Shown: positions 49,811-62,478 of the stretch, in pieces
How positions within the stretch are numbered: position 1 is the first letter of the stretch
How the letters are laid out: each line of letters starts with the position of its first letter
Assembly: GCF_000143415.4 (NCBI RefSeq)
Contig: NW_003314321.1
Location: forward strand, 940,236 to 1,004,235
Length of the DNA stretch: 64,000 bases
DNA from: Selaginella moellendorffii
Taxonomy: Eukaryota > Plantae > Lycopodiophyta
Direction of reading: 5' to 3'
Notes under the pieces: model-generated
Databases searched by the model: none
Told to the model about the DNA's origin: nothing
The model's input: the letters and a program-made list of their open reading frames with translations, nothing else
Program-made: the position numbers and the translations under genes

Positions 49811-52800
49811 CTAAGGAATGTTCTTCCCGCTGCTAAGAAAGTTCTTGGTCCACTGTTCGTTAGACTTCAAGGTTTTCTCGGCTTCATGCAAGAACTGCTG
49901 CTGCTCTTGCAACCGAAGTAGAGCCTGTGAAACGAAAATTAACAAAAATTCTCATTGCTTCTGAAGCATACCTCCGTGCTTGCCATAAGTTCTTCGCCCG
50001 CCCCTTGAGGAGCACACGACGAACTGCTTGCGATGTCAAACTTGCGCTTAACTTTCTTTCTAAGTTGCTTCACAGTGTCATTCCTGCATGGAAAAAACAC
50101 ACTTTTTGAGGAAACAAAGGCTAAAGCAATGGAAACTTACCATGGATTGTGCTGTATCAACTTGAAGAGCGGAGTGGTCGGGTCCGAAGCACGCTTCTTT
50201 TGTTTACCTGTCCTCGACCTGTTCTTTCGTCCGCAGCTATGCCTTGCGTCCGTTGTTGAATTTTCAGTGTCATAGAATCTCTGAAAGCAACTGTTTTCAC
50301 ATAATTTTGTAGGTATTGAAAAACTTTGCACCTTTTCCTTGTCAAGTTCCTGGTATCGCATCTCTAGGTCCCGCCGTCCATCTTCCACTTCCTGTGCAAT
50401 CTCAGCAGCCATAACTCGCGCTCTTTCTAGATCAGATCGTTGTTTGGACAACTCTCCAGTTTCTGGTGGCACAGGGCAAGGAAAAAATCTTGTCAAGACA
50501 AAAGAACTCGGAAACAAACTACCACAGCCACCAAACCAGTTTGTATTCTCGCTGCATGTTCCACAAGTTGCTTCTCAAGTGAGGCATCTGCATGATATAG
50601 CTGTTCCTTCATTCGAAGTACTGCATCACGTTTACCAGCAAGTTCCTTTTTTTCCTGCATTTCATCTGTTGGTTGGTGGCTAAATTTGAAAAACAAATGA
50701 CGTTCTGACCTCAAAGCACTTTTGAAGAAATGACTCCTTTTCTTGAAGACACATACTTCTGAGCTCGTCCATCTTCTGCCTTGACGCTGTAAGATCCGCC
50801 AGAGACTGGGATCGCTCACGTTGGACAGCTTCCTACTTACAAAAACAGATTTTGATTTGCGACTTAAGAAATCAGTTCAAACCTGAAGCGCTTGCAAATG
50901 TGCTCGCTCTCTGAGGAGACTATCCCTCTCAGTAGTCTGTAAATCTTTAATGTTATGGACAGACAATGAAAGAATTCGCATTAGCTCCTCCAACTGCAGT
51001 ATCCATGGCAAGGCTTTAGAAGAGAAACACGTAAAACTCAGAATTTGCTGAACCTGGTTTTGCCACTCATTCATGAACGTGTGTTGCTGATGCATTGATC
51101 TCTCAAACCCGTCCAGCCATTCAGTCCTGAACTTATTAGAGTTCTCTTTCTCTGTAACCATCCAATGCTGTATCTCGTCGACCTTAGTACACCAGTCATT
51201 GGATTTTGAGACTAGCTGCGTGAGCATTTCCATCGTATGCTTTTGATTTGCCACAAATGCTCTCTACAACAAGGCAGAAAAGGTCCTAGAGATTGAGAAG
51301 AAGGAGAAATCCGTTTACCTCGCTGTTTAGCTGATTCTCCTTGGCTTCCATTTCCCTCGCATGGGAAATTTTCAATATATCCACCTGCATGCATTTCAGA
51401 ACATTTCAGAACAATCTGTTGAAAGAAAAAGAAACGTAAAAACAGGTACCTCTTCTTGGTAAACTCGCTGTAATGACGACAGCTTCTCGTCCGCAAGAAT
51501 GCAAGTGTTTTTCAAAAGATGGATTTCAGATGATAGCTGCACAACAATCTTTTGTGCCTCCTCTTTATCTTCTGAAAATTGCTTGCACAGTGCTGAATTG
51601 CTAGAGATTTCAATCTCAGAAATCTCCCTCTCAATTCGCAGCTTTTCTTTCTCAACCTTAAGAATTTCTTCCTTCAGTAAGGAGTTCTCAGACTTCAGTT
51701 GCTTGACTTCATCTGTTAGTTGATTTTTCTCGCTTTCAAGGATCCCTTTCGAGACTAGAGTTTGTCTTAGCCTCTCAAACAATGTGCTTTCCGAGTTCCC
51801 ACTCTCAGGAACTGCACGCTTGTCTGATCCTGATTCTTCAGATTCCTGCAAAGCAGCAACTTAGAAGCATACTATATCGAAGCATTTTACCTGCGAACTC
51901 AAGTTTTCGAGACCACTTGCAAAAGAAACTCGGTGTGCTTTTGGTTGCGCTGAAAAATACAACGTTTTTCCAACGAAAACTGAGGCTGTTCATACCTTTT
52001 TCACGTTGCTGGATTGCCGGACTGGGCTTGGCTTGTTTGTCAACTGGAGGAGTAACGGGGATGATTAACGAAATGTCGTCTCCATCTCGTTTTGTATGGC
52101 TCGTACTATCTGAGAGCTTGCCCGTTCCCTCCGTGTTGCCTAGTGTTGAGCTGAAATTTGTGGGGCTCATTCGTCTTCTTCCGGCTATAGGAGTTTTTCC
52201 CGAGAGGCACGAAGGTTGGTACTCACCAAACTCAAATGGTGTATCCGGTCTTTCAGTCGTTGGCTTCTTCGATATATTAGATGGCCTTCTTTCCGGTTTT
52301 GCCTTATTGAAGTCACCCTCCGAGCCATCCGGAAGCATAGATAGGATATCTGAGCTCTCACCCCAGTCGTCATCCTGTGAAATAAACGTGGAAAAATAAG
52401 AGAATAAAAACCATATGAGATCGACGTACCTTTTTCTTCCGAGGCTCTTGGTCGTGTTTAACAGACGAAACATGAGTGAGAAGGCTGTCAAAGGAACTCT
52501 TCTTTTCCAAGCTTGGAGGTGGAGCGAGATTTTCCTTCCATTTCCTCTTGAAGATTTCCCTGTCGAAAATGTGAATCAAACGAGGAGTGTCGATTTTCGA
52601 ATGCTTTTCGCTGGATGAAGTGTTTTCTCCATCTTACTCATCCGGTGGCGTCTCTGGCTTGCATTCTTCTGTCGGAGAGCTCATCGTGGGATTCACGCTG
52701 GGAAACATGGTTGGAGTGGAGCACTGTTTCTCAGCATCATCGTTTTTGACAGTAAACGAGCTCACAGAGTGGCTGCCTTGAGCTGAATCAGTGCGTGTAC

Positions 52801-53112
52801 TTTCAGTAACACTCGACGTCTTTGTGGACACTGGCAATTCCAATGGACTTTCCTCGTCAATCCCTACCAGACCTTGAATCAACGAAGTAGGAAATCTCTC
52901 AGCTCTAGACCAATTCATTCTACATCCTTACCTTCATCAAAAAGCGCATCTATCGATCTGTCGTCGTGACGAGCACGGGACCAGGATCGTCCAAGCGGCG
53001 GAAGGCCCGATTCGGCTGCAAACAGACGAGAAAAGGATCAAATGGGAGGGTTCTCGGCGAACTTACACGATCTGGAGAGCGATGGCGCATCGGCGAGGGA
53101 GGAGAGCGCCAT
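49811..53112 (-). CDS. Multi-exon protein with S/T/P-rich N-terminus and long coiled-coil C-terminus, function unknown
   Basis: Chain of minus-strand exons with GT-AG boundaries and E/K/Q-rich heptads (ORFs 51396, 50877, 50137). The last exon reads ALLRLQEQQQ...KNIP*. Start codon is tentative. Confidence 0.7.
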
Positions 53113-53227
53113 TTCCACCACACCCTAGCTCGCCCTCTTCCCGCTAAACCTAGAATTCAAATAAGCTCTGTTCTAGGGCTTGTGAAATGCCGGGAGCTGA
53201 TACAATCCCTAGATTGAATGCTTGCCC

Positions 53228-55830
53228 ATGGCGCTGGCGCTCGGAGCTTCTTCTTCACATGTCCTTTCGATTCCTCGCTCGGGAATCACATTCATTTCAT
53301 CGTGGCCTCCATCTTCATCCAGGATTAGCAGCACCGATGGCAGCAATGGCGCTCGGATTCTCACCGCGAGAGTGATTTCTTGCGGCACCAGGTTCACAAC
53401 TCTTGCCACTGGTAAGCTCAAGCGAACGCATTCTTTCTCGTTTGATGCTTTGTCTGGCACAGTGGATAAGAAATCTCTTGAATCGATTCAAGACGAAGAC
53501 AAGGTCAGGGATGAGTTTGTGGAGGTGGGCGTTGTGATTAGAAAGCATGGAGTTCGTGGGGAGTTGCTGATTCGGTCCTCTACCGATTTCCCTCAAGAAC
53601 GATTTGAGAAGGCAAGTTCTCTTTAGAACAAGGACAATTTGTAAGGTTTATCTTGCTTCTTTCAGCCTGGGAAGCGATGGATGAAAATCTCCGAGAGAGG
53701 TGAAGAGACGATAGAGTGCGTGGATCTCGTCAGTGGAAGAAATCGAGCTGGCAAGCTACCGTGCTGGTTGCTTACGCTGAAAAATGTGGACTCGGTCGAG
53801 AAGGTAAGCTCTGATGTTCTTACTCTTTGACAAAATTTGTATTTTTTTTCAGGCTTCGAAGTATATTGGTGCTACCATGCTTGTCAAGCGTGACGAACGG
53901 CCTGCTCTGGAAGAAGGCGAGTTTTACATTCCAGATCTCATAGGCATGGACGTTTTTGTCCAGGTATGAATTTGGTTAGTTCATGCTCATGCCTTGTTTA
54001 CTTTACTATATTTTATGATAGAGCTCCATGGAAAACATTGGAACTATTGCTGATATGTGCAACTTTGGAGCCAGTGACTTGCTGCGTGTCCAACGAAATC
54101 CAGCTTCATCTGTTGGTGAGGGCCCTCTTATTTGGATTCCTTTTGTCGAAGCTATAGTTCCCGTGGTTGATATGGAGCAAAGGCGAGTGATAGTGGATCC
54201 TCCCGAGGGGCTACTGGAGCTGAATACGCCCGCGAAACGCAAGGAGAAAGCTGAAGCACGCAAAGAGGTAGGCCGAAAGTGAGTTCTATAATCTGCCGAA
54301 TTAACGGTTCTTATAGGAGGTGAAAGCCATGCGGAAGTTGCAAATGAGAAAGAGTGGCTTAAAGAAAAGTCTGATAAAATCCAAACAGGACCACCTTTTA
54401 GCAGGACTTTCTGTCGGCGAGCAAGAAGAGCGAGATTCGTTGCTGAAGGAGCTTTTGAACATCGACTTCAAAGCTCTTCAAGTGTCCTTTGTGAAAGCTT
54501 GCGAGCGTTCTAAAACGGTATGACCGTGCATATTTTTGCTGTTAATGTTCTCCTGTAAAGAACGAATGCAGGTTGAGTGGCTTCACCAAGCTTCCCGAGA
54601 TTCCCTCGGTTTCCAAGCAGGAGCTCGAGAGGTGGATGAAAGAAGGCACACATACCGGAGATGGCGAAACAAACAGTGGAAAAGGTTATTGGAAGCGGGG
54701 ACTCGATGTTATTGCAAGCAATAGAGTGGCTGTTGCTTCCTTGATACGTCCGAATGACGACGGGGATCAAAAACTGGACAAACAAAAATCACGACTCCAG
54801 CTTCTTGCTCAACATCTTCGAGCAATTGAAAACCTTGCTACGCTCGTGAGTACTCTTGTTCATAAAAGGTAGTCTTCACCACTAACTGTGGGAACATAGG
54901 AATTTCCAGGAGACGTCTGCCAAATACCTTGGTTCATTTGTACCAGCTCGGATCTCATTGAACCGATTCGTTCACTTCTGGACGAAGAAGAATTCTTCGG
55001 GCTCCAATCCACGCAAGTAAGACTATAGCTAGCTTTTCAAGCTTAAGTTTCCCGTTGTTTCTTTGAATGCAGGTCTGCGTTATAACCGTAGAAACAGTTC
55101 CCTGTTTTGACACAAACAATGTCGCTGGTGATCACCAGATATTGAGAATGTCACCATGGAAACTTTTGCAGTCGGTAACTGGCGATGGCGGAGTGTTGAA
55201 AACTCTAGCTATTGAAGGCCTTATTTCAGAGTTTGCGGAGAAAGGTCTCGATTACTTACAGGCAAGGTTCTTTAAAAGCATTTCGGTCACCATCTATATC
55301 TTTTTGTTCAGGTGCTGGATGATCCAACTTCACAGGCAAGGATAGCGGATCCCTTCCTTTTTGGATATGCAGAGGCACAAGCATCGGAGTTAACCATTCA
55401 AACGGTGGAATGGCAACCATCCATGGACGTCATTGGATTCCGAGAGCTCCAAAACGAGAACTCGCTTAGCTACGAGCTTGTGAGGCGCTACGCTTGCAAG
55501 GACAACAAGGACCTGGAGCTGTGCAGTGCTGTAAGTCCTCTTGGAAGCTACATTCTCTCGGTGTCATTCGCAAAGAAGCTCCATGACAGCGGCTTCAACT
55601 TCGAGCTTCACTCGACCTCGCCCTCGACTAGAACGTTCCCCGTCTACAGAGAAAAGGATGGCAAATGCGAGCTCGTGAAGGATTCAAGCGCGATGGTGCT
55701 TGAATCCTCTCTGCTGGACTGCATCGTCAAGTGCGAACCGCGCAAGGTACTCACAAAGTTCTCTCTTTTCTTTTATGGATTCATTCGTGTTCCTTGTTTG
55801 TCACAGATTTCTATCGTAAAACTCGTGTAA
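53228..55830 (+). CDS. RimM: Plastid 16S rRNA processing protein RimM fused to a nucleotide-diphospho-sugar transferase-like C-terminal domain
   Basis: Transit-peptide-like N-terminus; VGVVIRKHGVRGE, STDFPQERF, EFYIPDLIGM, WIPFVEAIVPVVD, DPPEGLLEL; C-terminal EEFFGL, SVTGDGGV, DPFLFG. Confidence 0.92.
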
Positions 55831-56014
55831 TGCGGCTCAAAGTTTTGTTTTTCTATAGTTCTCATCATCTATCGTGGATTGCATCATCGTGTGCCTGTAG
55901 CTCTCGGAATTTTTATCCAGGTAGCCAAGCTCTGAGCTGGACGGGATGGCGAGAGGTCCAGATAAAAGGATATTTCTCTTCGTCTCCAAACAAAAGATTA
56001 GGGTAGAGTGGATA

Positions 56015-57454
56015 ATGGCGAAGAGGGACGAGATCGCGAGCGCCATGGCCAGGAAGCGGCAGCGCGTATCATCGTCTGGGAGCGACAGCAGCCGAGTGGG
56101 GCAGATCACAGGTAATGGCTTCCCCGCGAATCGAGAAGATTGCGCCGGGGACGAGCAGCAGCACCAGGAGCAGCTGCAAGAACAGGGTTCCAGGGATGTC
56201 AAGGTCGATCCAGACAAGGCACGGATCATCTCCTTCGGCGAGGAATCCTCCGCCGACGTCGTGGTGCATCTCATCGGGGACGAGGAGGAGAATGTGCTCC
56301 ATCTCCACTCCCAAGTGCTCGCCAAATCGAGGTATTTCGCAGCGCTCCTGTCCGAGCGATGGAAAGGCGACGATCAGGCTTCCATGGCGGCCGAGCAAGA
56401 GCCTCCAAAGACGCATCTCAGGATCGACACCACTTCTCCCATGCCGGTCTACCTCGGGATCCTCAGGCTCTTCTACACGGAGAATTTCAGCGAGGCTATC
56501 GTGGACGTCCAGTCCGCATTGGCGCTTCTCCCAGTGGCCGCCGAGCTTCTCTACGACGACTGCATGGCGCGGTGCTTGAAGTTCCTCGAGGCTGTTCCCT
56601 GGAGCAGGGAGGAGGAGCAGCAAATCCTCCAGCTTCTCAACTATCTCCAGCTCGAGGAGACGCCGGAGATCATCGCCAGGGTGATCCCCGGGAGTGACAG
56701 CGCCGTGGAGACGATGCTGAGCGAGCTCGTCTACGCCGCCACCCACAACCATCAGAACGCTGCGAGCGTGAAGCTCTTCGTGGGGAAGATCCTCGACAGC
56801 CACAAGTCGAGGGAGACTGTGAGGTTAGTCCTGGACAACGCTTTCAAGAATGGGCTCAAGACGGTCAAGGACTCGGTGGAGGAGTACTCGAGCCCGAACG
56901 TCCGCGGGAGGCACGACGAGATCGAAGCCATGCAGCGGCAGAATCTTCACACGGCGGTGGTGAGCGGGAGGCACTTGCTATGGCTTGTGGAACGGATGAT
57001 CGAGCTCAAAGTCGCGGAGAATGCCGTGCTCGAGTGGAGCGAGCAGAGTTCCTTCACTGCCAACTTGAAGAGAGCTTTCATGGACGACGTCTGGAGGAAC
57101 AATGTCCCCGGCTTGCCAGCGGTTCTACTCCGGTGCACATCTCGCCTCGCTCAGGCCATGGTCACTGGATCCATCCTAGTTTCCAGGGAGGTGAGGAAGA
57201 AGATGGTGAGGGACTGGCTTCCAGTTCTCATAACTTCCAAGGAGAACGCGGTGTCGGCGAACTGCAACAAGCAGCTCCACCAGAATCTGGAGGAGGTGTT
57301 CCTCAAGCTCATCTCGACGCTTCCGGTTGGCGATGCTCAGGAGCTTCTCCAGCAGTGCCTGAGCTTCGCTTCCCGCGGGCTGGACGAGAGCTCGAACCTG
57401 GCCATGGCTTTTGCGACGTGGTTCCGACGAGCAGGCGCTAGCGAAAACTCGTGA
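56015..57454 (+). CDS. BTB/POZ domain protein, intronless
   Basis: ADVVVHL..LHLHSQVL.KSRYFAALLSERW and CLKFLEAVPWSREEE. The second ATG of the ORF was chosen as the likely start. Confidence 0.93.
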   Translation: MAKRDEIASAMARKRQRVSSSGSDSSRVGQITGNGFPANREDCAGDEQQHQEQLQEQGSRDVKVDPDKARIISFGEESSADVVVHLIGDEEENVLHLHSQVLAKSRYFAALLSERWKGDDQASMAAEQEPPKTHLRIDTTSPMPVYLGILRLFYTENFSEAIVDVQSALALLPVAAELLYDDCMARCLKFLEAVPWSREEEQQILQLLNYLQLEETPEIIARVIPGSDSAVETMLSELVYAATHNHQNAASVKLFVGKILDSHKSRETVRLVLDNAFKNGLKTVKDSVEEYSSPNVRGRHDEIEAMQRQNLHTAVVSGRHLLWLVERMIELKVAENAVLEWSEQSSFTANLKRAFMDDVWRNNVPGLPAVLLRCTSRLAQAMVTGSILVSREVRKKMVRDWLPVLITSKENAVSANCNKQLHQNLEEVFLKLISTLPVGDAQELLQQCLSFASRGLDESSNLAMAFATWFRRAGASENS

Positions 57455-57785
57455 AAAGGTTCGTCTTTGCGCATTTGGTCTTCGATCGTCTCTGATTATC
57501 TCTTGGGCTCTTGCGCAGTGCGTCAATGCTGGATGGCGTGTCTTTCGTCAACGAGGAAGCTTTTAGCGTTTGTGGGGGTAAGCTTTTCGCTTTTGTACAG
57601 TCTCTTCTGTGAATCGCTTGCATGAAATATAGTTGAGCGCTTCGCTCAACATGCGTTCGTAAGTATAGATCATATCAAGAACAAGAAGAATCGTTTGAGC
57701 TTTTGGGACCGAGCAAGCTATAACTTTGGTTTCTCTTAAGCGTTTCCCCAGAACAAGAAAAAAAAAAACTCTCTTTGCGAAAAAT

Positions 57786-57857
57786 GGTTTCGTGGTCTAG
57801 TGGTGATGACACTGGACTCTGAATCCAGTAACCCGAGTTCGAATCTCGGCGAAACCT
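57786..57857 (+). tRNA. tRNA-Gln (anticodon CUG)
   Basis: Acceptor stem GGTTTCG/CGAAACC; anticodon arm CTGGA-CTCTGAA-TCCAG; T-loop GTTCGAATC. Confidence 0.96.
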
Positions 57858-58002
57858 CTTCTAAGCTTTGCATTAAAAAAATCTCTTCCTTTTATGTTTT
57901 GTGTACATACCTTTCTTATGGTCTTTTGGCAACAATGGTCTCTTTCTATCAATCACAAAAATGGTAGCACTATAGTTTTCAGTGTCTGTCGCCATGGATC
58001 AA

Positions 58003-58869
58003 TCAGCCAAAGCAGCAAAACCAGTTGCTCTGGAAGGAAGAAAGAATCGAAACAGTCAAAGAATTTCTTTTTTTTCCAATTGAGTCGCGAGGACTTACTT
58101 GCTGCTTGCGACCGGGATGTCCTCCTCCTCGTCCATAGCCCTGCTGCTGATGATCCGGAGCACTGTCCTGTTGAATTCTTCCCGGCTGCCGCTCGTTCCT
58201 CGCATTGTTAAAGATTGTCGTGAAGCCCTCTCCCGACGATGGATCCTTGGGGTCCCAGTCCCCGAATTTGGGCAATGCAGGCGCGTTCCTCTCGGGAATC
58301 TGTGCCAGCAAGCGATCCAAAACCGTGAAATCCAGCTGCCCAAGATCTTCTTACCTTGGCTTGCGGATGGAGCGGCGATCGATGGATGTCTGATCCATTG
58401 TAGCGCCGGTTGCTATCGGAGGACGAGGATGGAGTTCTTCCCACCATAGCAGGTGATTGCCGGTAGCGCGCGGGCGATTCCATGTATTTCTTGAATTCCC
58501 CGTCCTCCCTGCTGCCAATTCGCTGCTCCGTGCGCGATCTTCGCGCTGGATCCGTCGGATTGTCTTGTTGATGCTGGTGCTGTTCTTGGCGATGGGGCGA
58601 TTTTGGGGCAACAGTGGCAGGCGGTGGAGGAAACGCTCCAAATGCTTCTGGGTTCTCGGATGGATCATTTGGGTTGATCAATCGGCCGCCTCTTCCAGCT
58701 CTGGCCGACTCGAACACCTTGGTGTAGGGCGCGTGATCGTTGGGATCCCAATTCCCAAATCGCGGGACGTGAGACCCAGCTCTATTCCTTTGCTGCAAAC
58801 AAACCAACCAATCAATCAATCAATCGATCCAGTCGATCGACCCATCAAGCTACTGCTACTCACTGCCAT
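58003..58869 (-). CDS. RIN4: RIN4-like protein with two NOI domains
   Basis: VPRFGNWD..PYTKVF and LPKFGDWD..GFTTIFNNAR; C-terminal WFCCFG acylation site; 6-nt first coding exon ATGGCA|gt. Confidence 0.92.
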
Positions 58870-59240
58870 CGCGATCGATCGATGTCCCGAAGAAAAAAAT
58901 CTCGCGAAGTATCGAGTCCTGGCTTGCGATTGCTGGCTAAGTGATCTATGATCGATCTCTGCACAGAGATCTCCGCGAGAGAGGCAGAAGACCTAGAAAT
59001 CTAATAATGCTGTTCGTGCGCCTCCTTCGTGTTGGCAGAATAGACCATTGGCGAGTATGACACGGTCATTCTAAGCCGGCACGCTTGTCTAGATCACACG
59101 GCTATACGCGCTAACACGTGGCAGCATCTCGAGAGTCGATAGCTGACAGAGCCCTAAACGGCGGGATTTTATTTTGCGATCCAAGAATCGCAATCTTATC
59201 GCCTAGCTGTGGTGCGGGAGGGGCGGCGATCTCCGGCGCC

Positions 59241-62163
59241 ATGGCGTCCTACGCTGCCGCATTGGGATCGCCATGGCTTGGGCGTCCGATCCAGCTGCGC
59301 AAGCTCCGAGGAGGTTCCCGGGGTCGTATTTGCAGCGCCAGCGCTGGATTCCGGGTGAGCGTCGCGAGCTTGGAGCGCAGTATGATGGAATCCAGGCAAG
59401 GAATTTCTTAGATGTCGATATTTTGTCTTTCTTTCTTGACGGACGATCGATCCTGGGCAGTGTCGGGAATGCATTGCGGGAGAGTGGTCTTTTCTTCCAT
59501 AAGACGATCTTGCAAGACTCGTTGGAAGTGCTTCCCAGCTCGCATACTGTAAGCGTGGATTTCTTCCTTTTGTGGTACTCGTTTGATTGAAACTTTTGTT
59601 TTTTTTTGGTCAAGTCTCTGGAATGGTGGGCTGTCGCAGCACCGGCAATGCTTTGGTTCTTGCTGGCTTCTCCTGGCGGCATTTCTGGCGTTGTTGACTT
59701 CCTCGCTTCTCCTTTGCATGCTCGTCGTCAAAGGTTTTCGACTTCCAAGTTTATAACTCTGTTGCTCAACGCAGCGTGTGTTTTCTTTGTTTCATCGTAA
59801 TAGGGAATTCCCAGCCAATGAAGTTGAGGTTGGAAGACGCATTGGAGAAGGATCGTTCGGAATCGTCTATGACGGATACATTGGCCGAGGAAGTAAGAGC
59901 CTGGGTGTTTTGATACCAACAGGTTGATTTTTGGAGTTTTGGCAGCCAATGGCGACGAGGGCATGCATGTCATTTTGAAGAAAGCGAAAGCTCAAGTTTC
60001 GGGCTCTTCAGAAATGCACAATACGGAAGTGTACATGAACCGGTACTTGCAGGTAAATTTGGTCGAGAGAGAGAGAGAGAGAGAGTCATATTGTCGTTGT
60101 TTTGTAGAGAAACGCGCCCGAGGCTGTGGCTGATTTTCTGGGAACGGTGCGAGTCAAGCAGGATCAAGTCAAAGGAAAATTAACAGAGGTACGAGATACA
60201 GAGTGGCGACTGAGACCCGCGTCTAAGATTGCTGCATTGCATTTTCTGTCCAGGGGCTGTGGCTAGTGTGGAAGTTTCAAGGCTACCATACGTTGAATCA
60301 CTACATGAAACAAAAGACATTTCCAGAGAATCTCTCAAAGCAACTTCTCGGAGACAGTGTAAGGTTGTATGCCTTGGCTAATATCAGATGTTGGTAACAG
60401 GGTTGTTTTAGGCCACAAACAAGCGTTATGGCTCTACAAACCAACGACAAAATGCTCTAATTCTCCGAACTATAATGACTCACTTGTTATATAACCTACA
60501 GCAAATCCATAGAACCGGTAAGCATGTTTGCCGCTGAATGTCTTTAGATCTTGTTCTTACTTTATCCCCAGGCGTTGTGCACCGTGATGTAAAGCCTTTA
60601 AATTTAATTCTCGCCGGCGATACGGATACTTTTAAGCTCGTCGACCTTGGCGCATGTGTCAATCTACGGTCCGGTTACAATTACGTAAGTGACGAATTTT
60701 TCGCAAATCATGCTTTTCAAATGAAAATTTCAAGTACAGGTTCCGAACGAAACAATCATGGACCCAGATTATGCACCTCCTGAGCAGTACGTCATGCCGA
60801 CGAGAACGCCAAGGCTTCCTCCTGATCCACTTTGCTCGCTAATCTCGCCACTCATCTGGCTTTTGAATACTCCAGATCGTTTTGACGTATTCTCAGCTGT
60901 AAGTCTCAATACGCGTGTTTCCTCTTCAGCTTCTAATTAGCTTTCGTTACAGGGTTTGGTGATGATGCAGTTGTCTGTAAAATCTTTGCGACATGAGAGT
61001 GCGATGGTAATCTTTGCAGATCAAAATTTCGTGTGTTACGAGCTTATGGAGGGACGTGGCTTAACTGCAGAAGCACTTTTCTGGAGAACTTAAGCGCGCA
61101 GGATACGATTTGAACAAGTGGAGGAAAAAATGCCAAGTTCCGAAGGAAGAGTTTTCCCTTTTGGATGCTGATGGTAATGATAATTGCGGCTTTACTGGAT
61201 ACCATTTAACTGTTTGTGTATTGTGAAGATGGCGCTGGCTGGGAGCTTGTAACTGCTTTGCTTCAACCGCGGCACGACAAGGCATTCATGATTTGGCCCA
61301 GTAAGACTGAAGCATGCATGCTAGCAGTTACTCTTGATCTGATTATTTATTTTCCAGGCCTTGTGAGAGGTCGTCCTTCTGCAGCAGCTGCACTGAAGCA
61401 CCGTTTCTTTAGAGGGACTCGTCGTGTGGAGCCGATCAAGATTGAATTTCCGAAGTTTCCTCCTAACTTCGAACCAGCGGCTGTCCCGATGGCTGCGCTT
61501 TCCCTGATGGCAGAATCTGGTGCTGGAATCAAAGTGTTACAAGAGAAAGTGGTGGGCGAAATGGCTACTAAAGTCAAGAGCCCAGAGTTCACATATGCTA
61601 TTACAGCAGCTATTCCCATTGCTGCGTTGATCTGTTTGGGATTATCTTTGAGCTGGATGGTAAGTTTCTTTTCTTTCAGTTTGATTTCCGATAATACTTT
61701 CTTCTATTGGAAACAGCTGATGCAAGGGCTTCAAACGTCAGCACAGTTGTCCTACGGGGTCAGCCAGAATCTTGGGATAACTGGCCCAGCCTCGGCTGCG
61801 TTTTGCCTTTTCGTTCTCAAGTAAGTTACTCTGCGGATCATTTATGTGACTGACATCTCCAAATGCAGGCAATTGCTCGTCGGTCCAGCGGCTAAAAACA
61901 ACAAAAACGACCAGCGGAGTACCAGCACCGGACTTGCGAGCGTTTCCGGCTATGGTGAAGTGAGAAGACTAGCGGAAGAAGTTGGAGCCTTGGACACTCG
62001 CCTGGGCTCGCTTGAAGCGCTGGTGACAATCGACGGTGGAGAGTCATTGGAAGACAAGCACTATCAGCAAATTGCTCGGGTTTGTATACATGTTTGTTCT
62101 CTTCGTGGTCTCATCTCAGTTTTGTTGCAGATGCAAAGCCTGTTGGCGCAACCGCAGCGATAA
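59241..62163 (+). CDS. STN7/STN8-family thylakoid Ser/Thr kinase
   Basis: Transit peptide, TM segment, IGEGSFG, GLWLVWKFQG, HRDVKPLN, DLGACVNLRSGYNY, DPDYAPPEQYVMPT, GAGWEL. Many short introns. Confidence 0.88.
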
Positions 62164-62255
62164 CTTGTAAGCGGCTTCTATTCTCAACTTCGTTCTCAGG
62201 GAAATCAATCATCCATGGCTTGAGAATAGCTTTGCAAATTTTATCTTTGTGCTAA

Positions 62256-62328
62256 GGGGATGTAGCTCAGATGGTAGAGCGCTCGCTTAGCATGCGAGAG
62301 GCACCGGGATCGATACCCGGCATCTCCA
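62256..62328 (+). tRNA. tRNA-Ala (anticodon AGC)
   Basis: GGGGATGTAGCTCAGATGG...CTCGC-TTAGCAT-GCGAG...CATCTCCA, the canonical plant tRNA-Ala with a G3:U70 pair. Confidence 0.97.
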
Positions 62329-62478
62329 AGTCCCGGCAGGCATGTCAACCCCAAAGTTTCAAGAATTAAGTTTTCCAAATATCGGCGCGAACGACCATCC
62401 TTTTTTTTATCGTTCCTGGTGAACAGGTCCGATTCATGACTTCGCGAGCTCTGGATTTAACTTGTCGTCGCATTTGCT

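Noticed and set aside
56069-57526. Long antisense and alternate-frame ORFs over the BTB gene (and similar ones over the GH3, GALT and gypsy genes)
   Set aside because: Expected shadows of GC-rich coding sequence; no domain motifs.
53228-62328. RimM plus tRNAs as a bacterial or plastid insertion
   Set aside because: RimM has spliceosomal introns and a transit peptide. The tRNAs are eukaryotic-type without encoded CCA.
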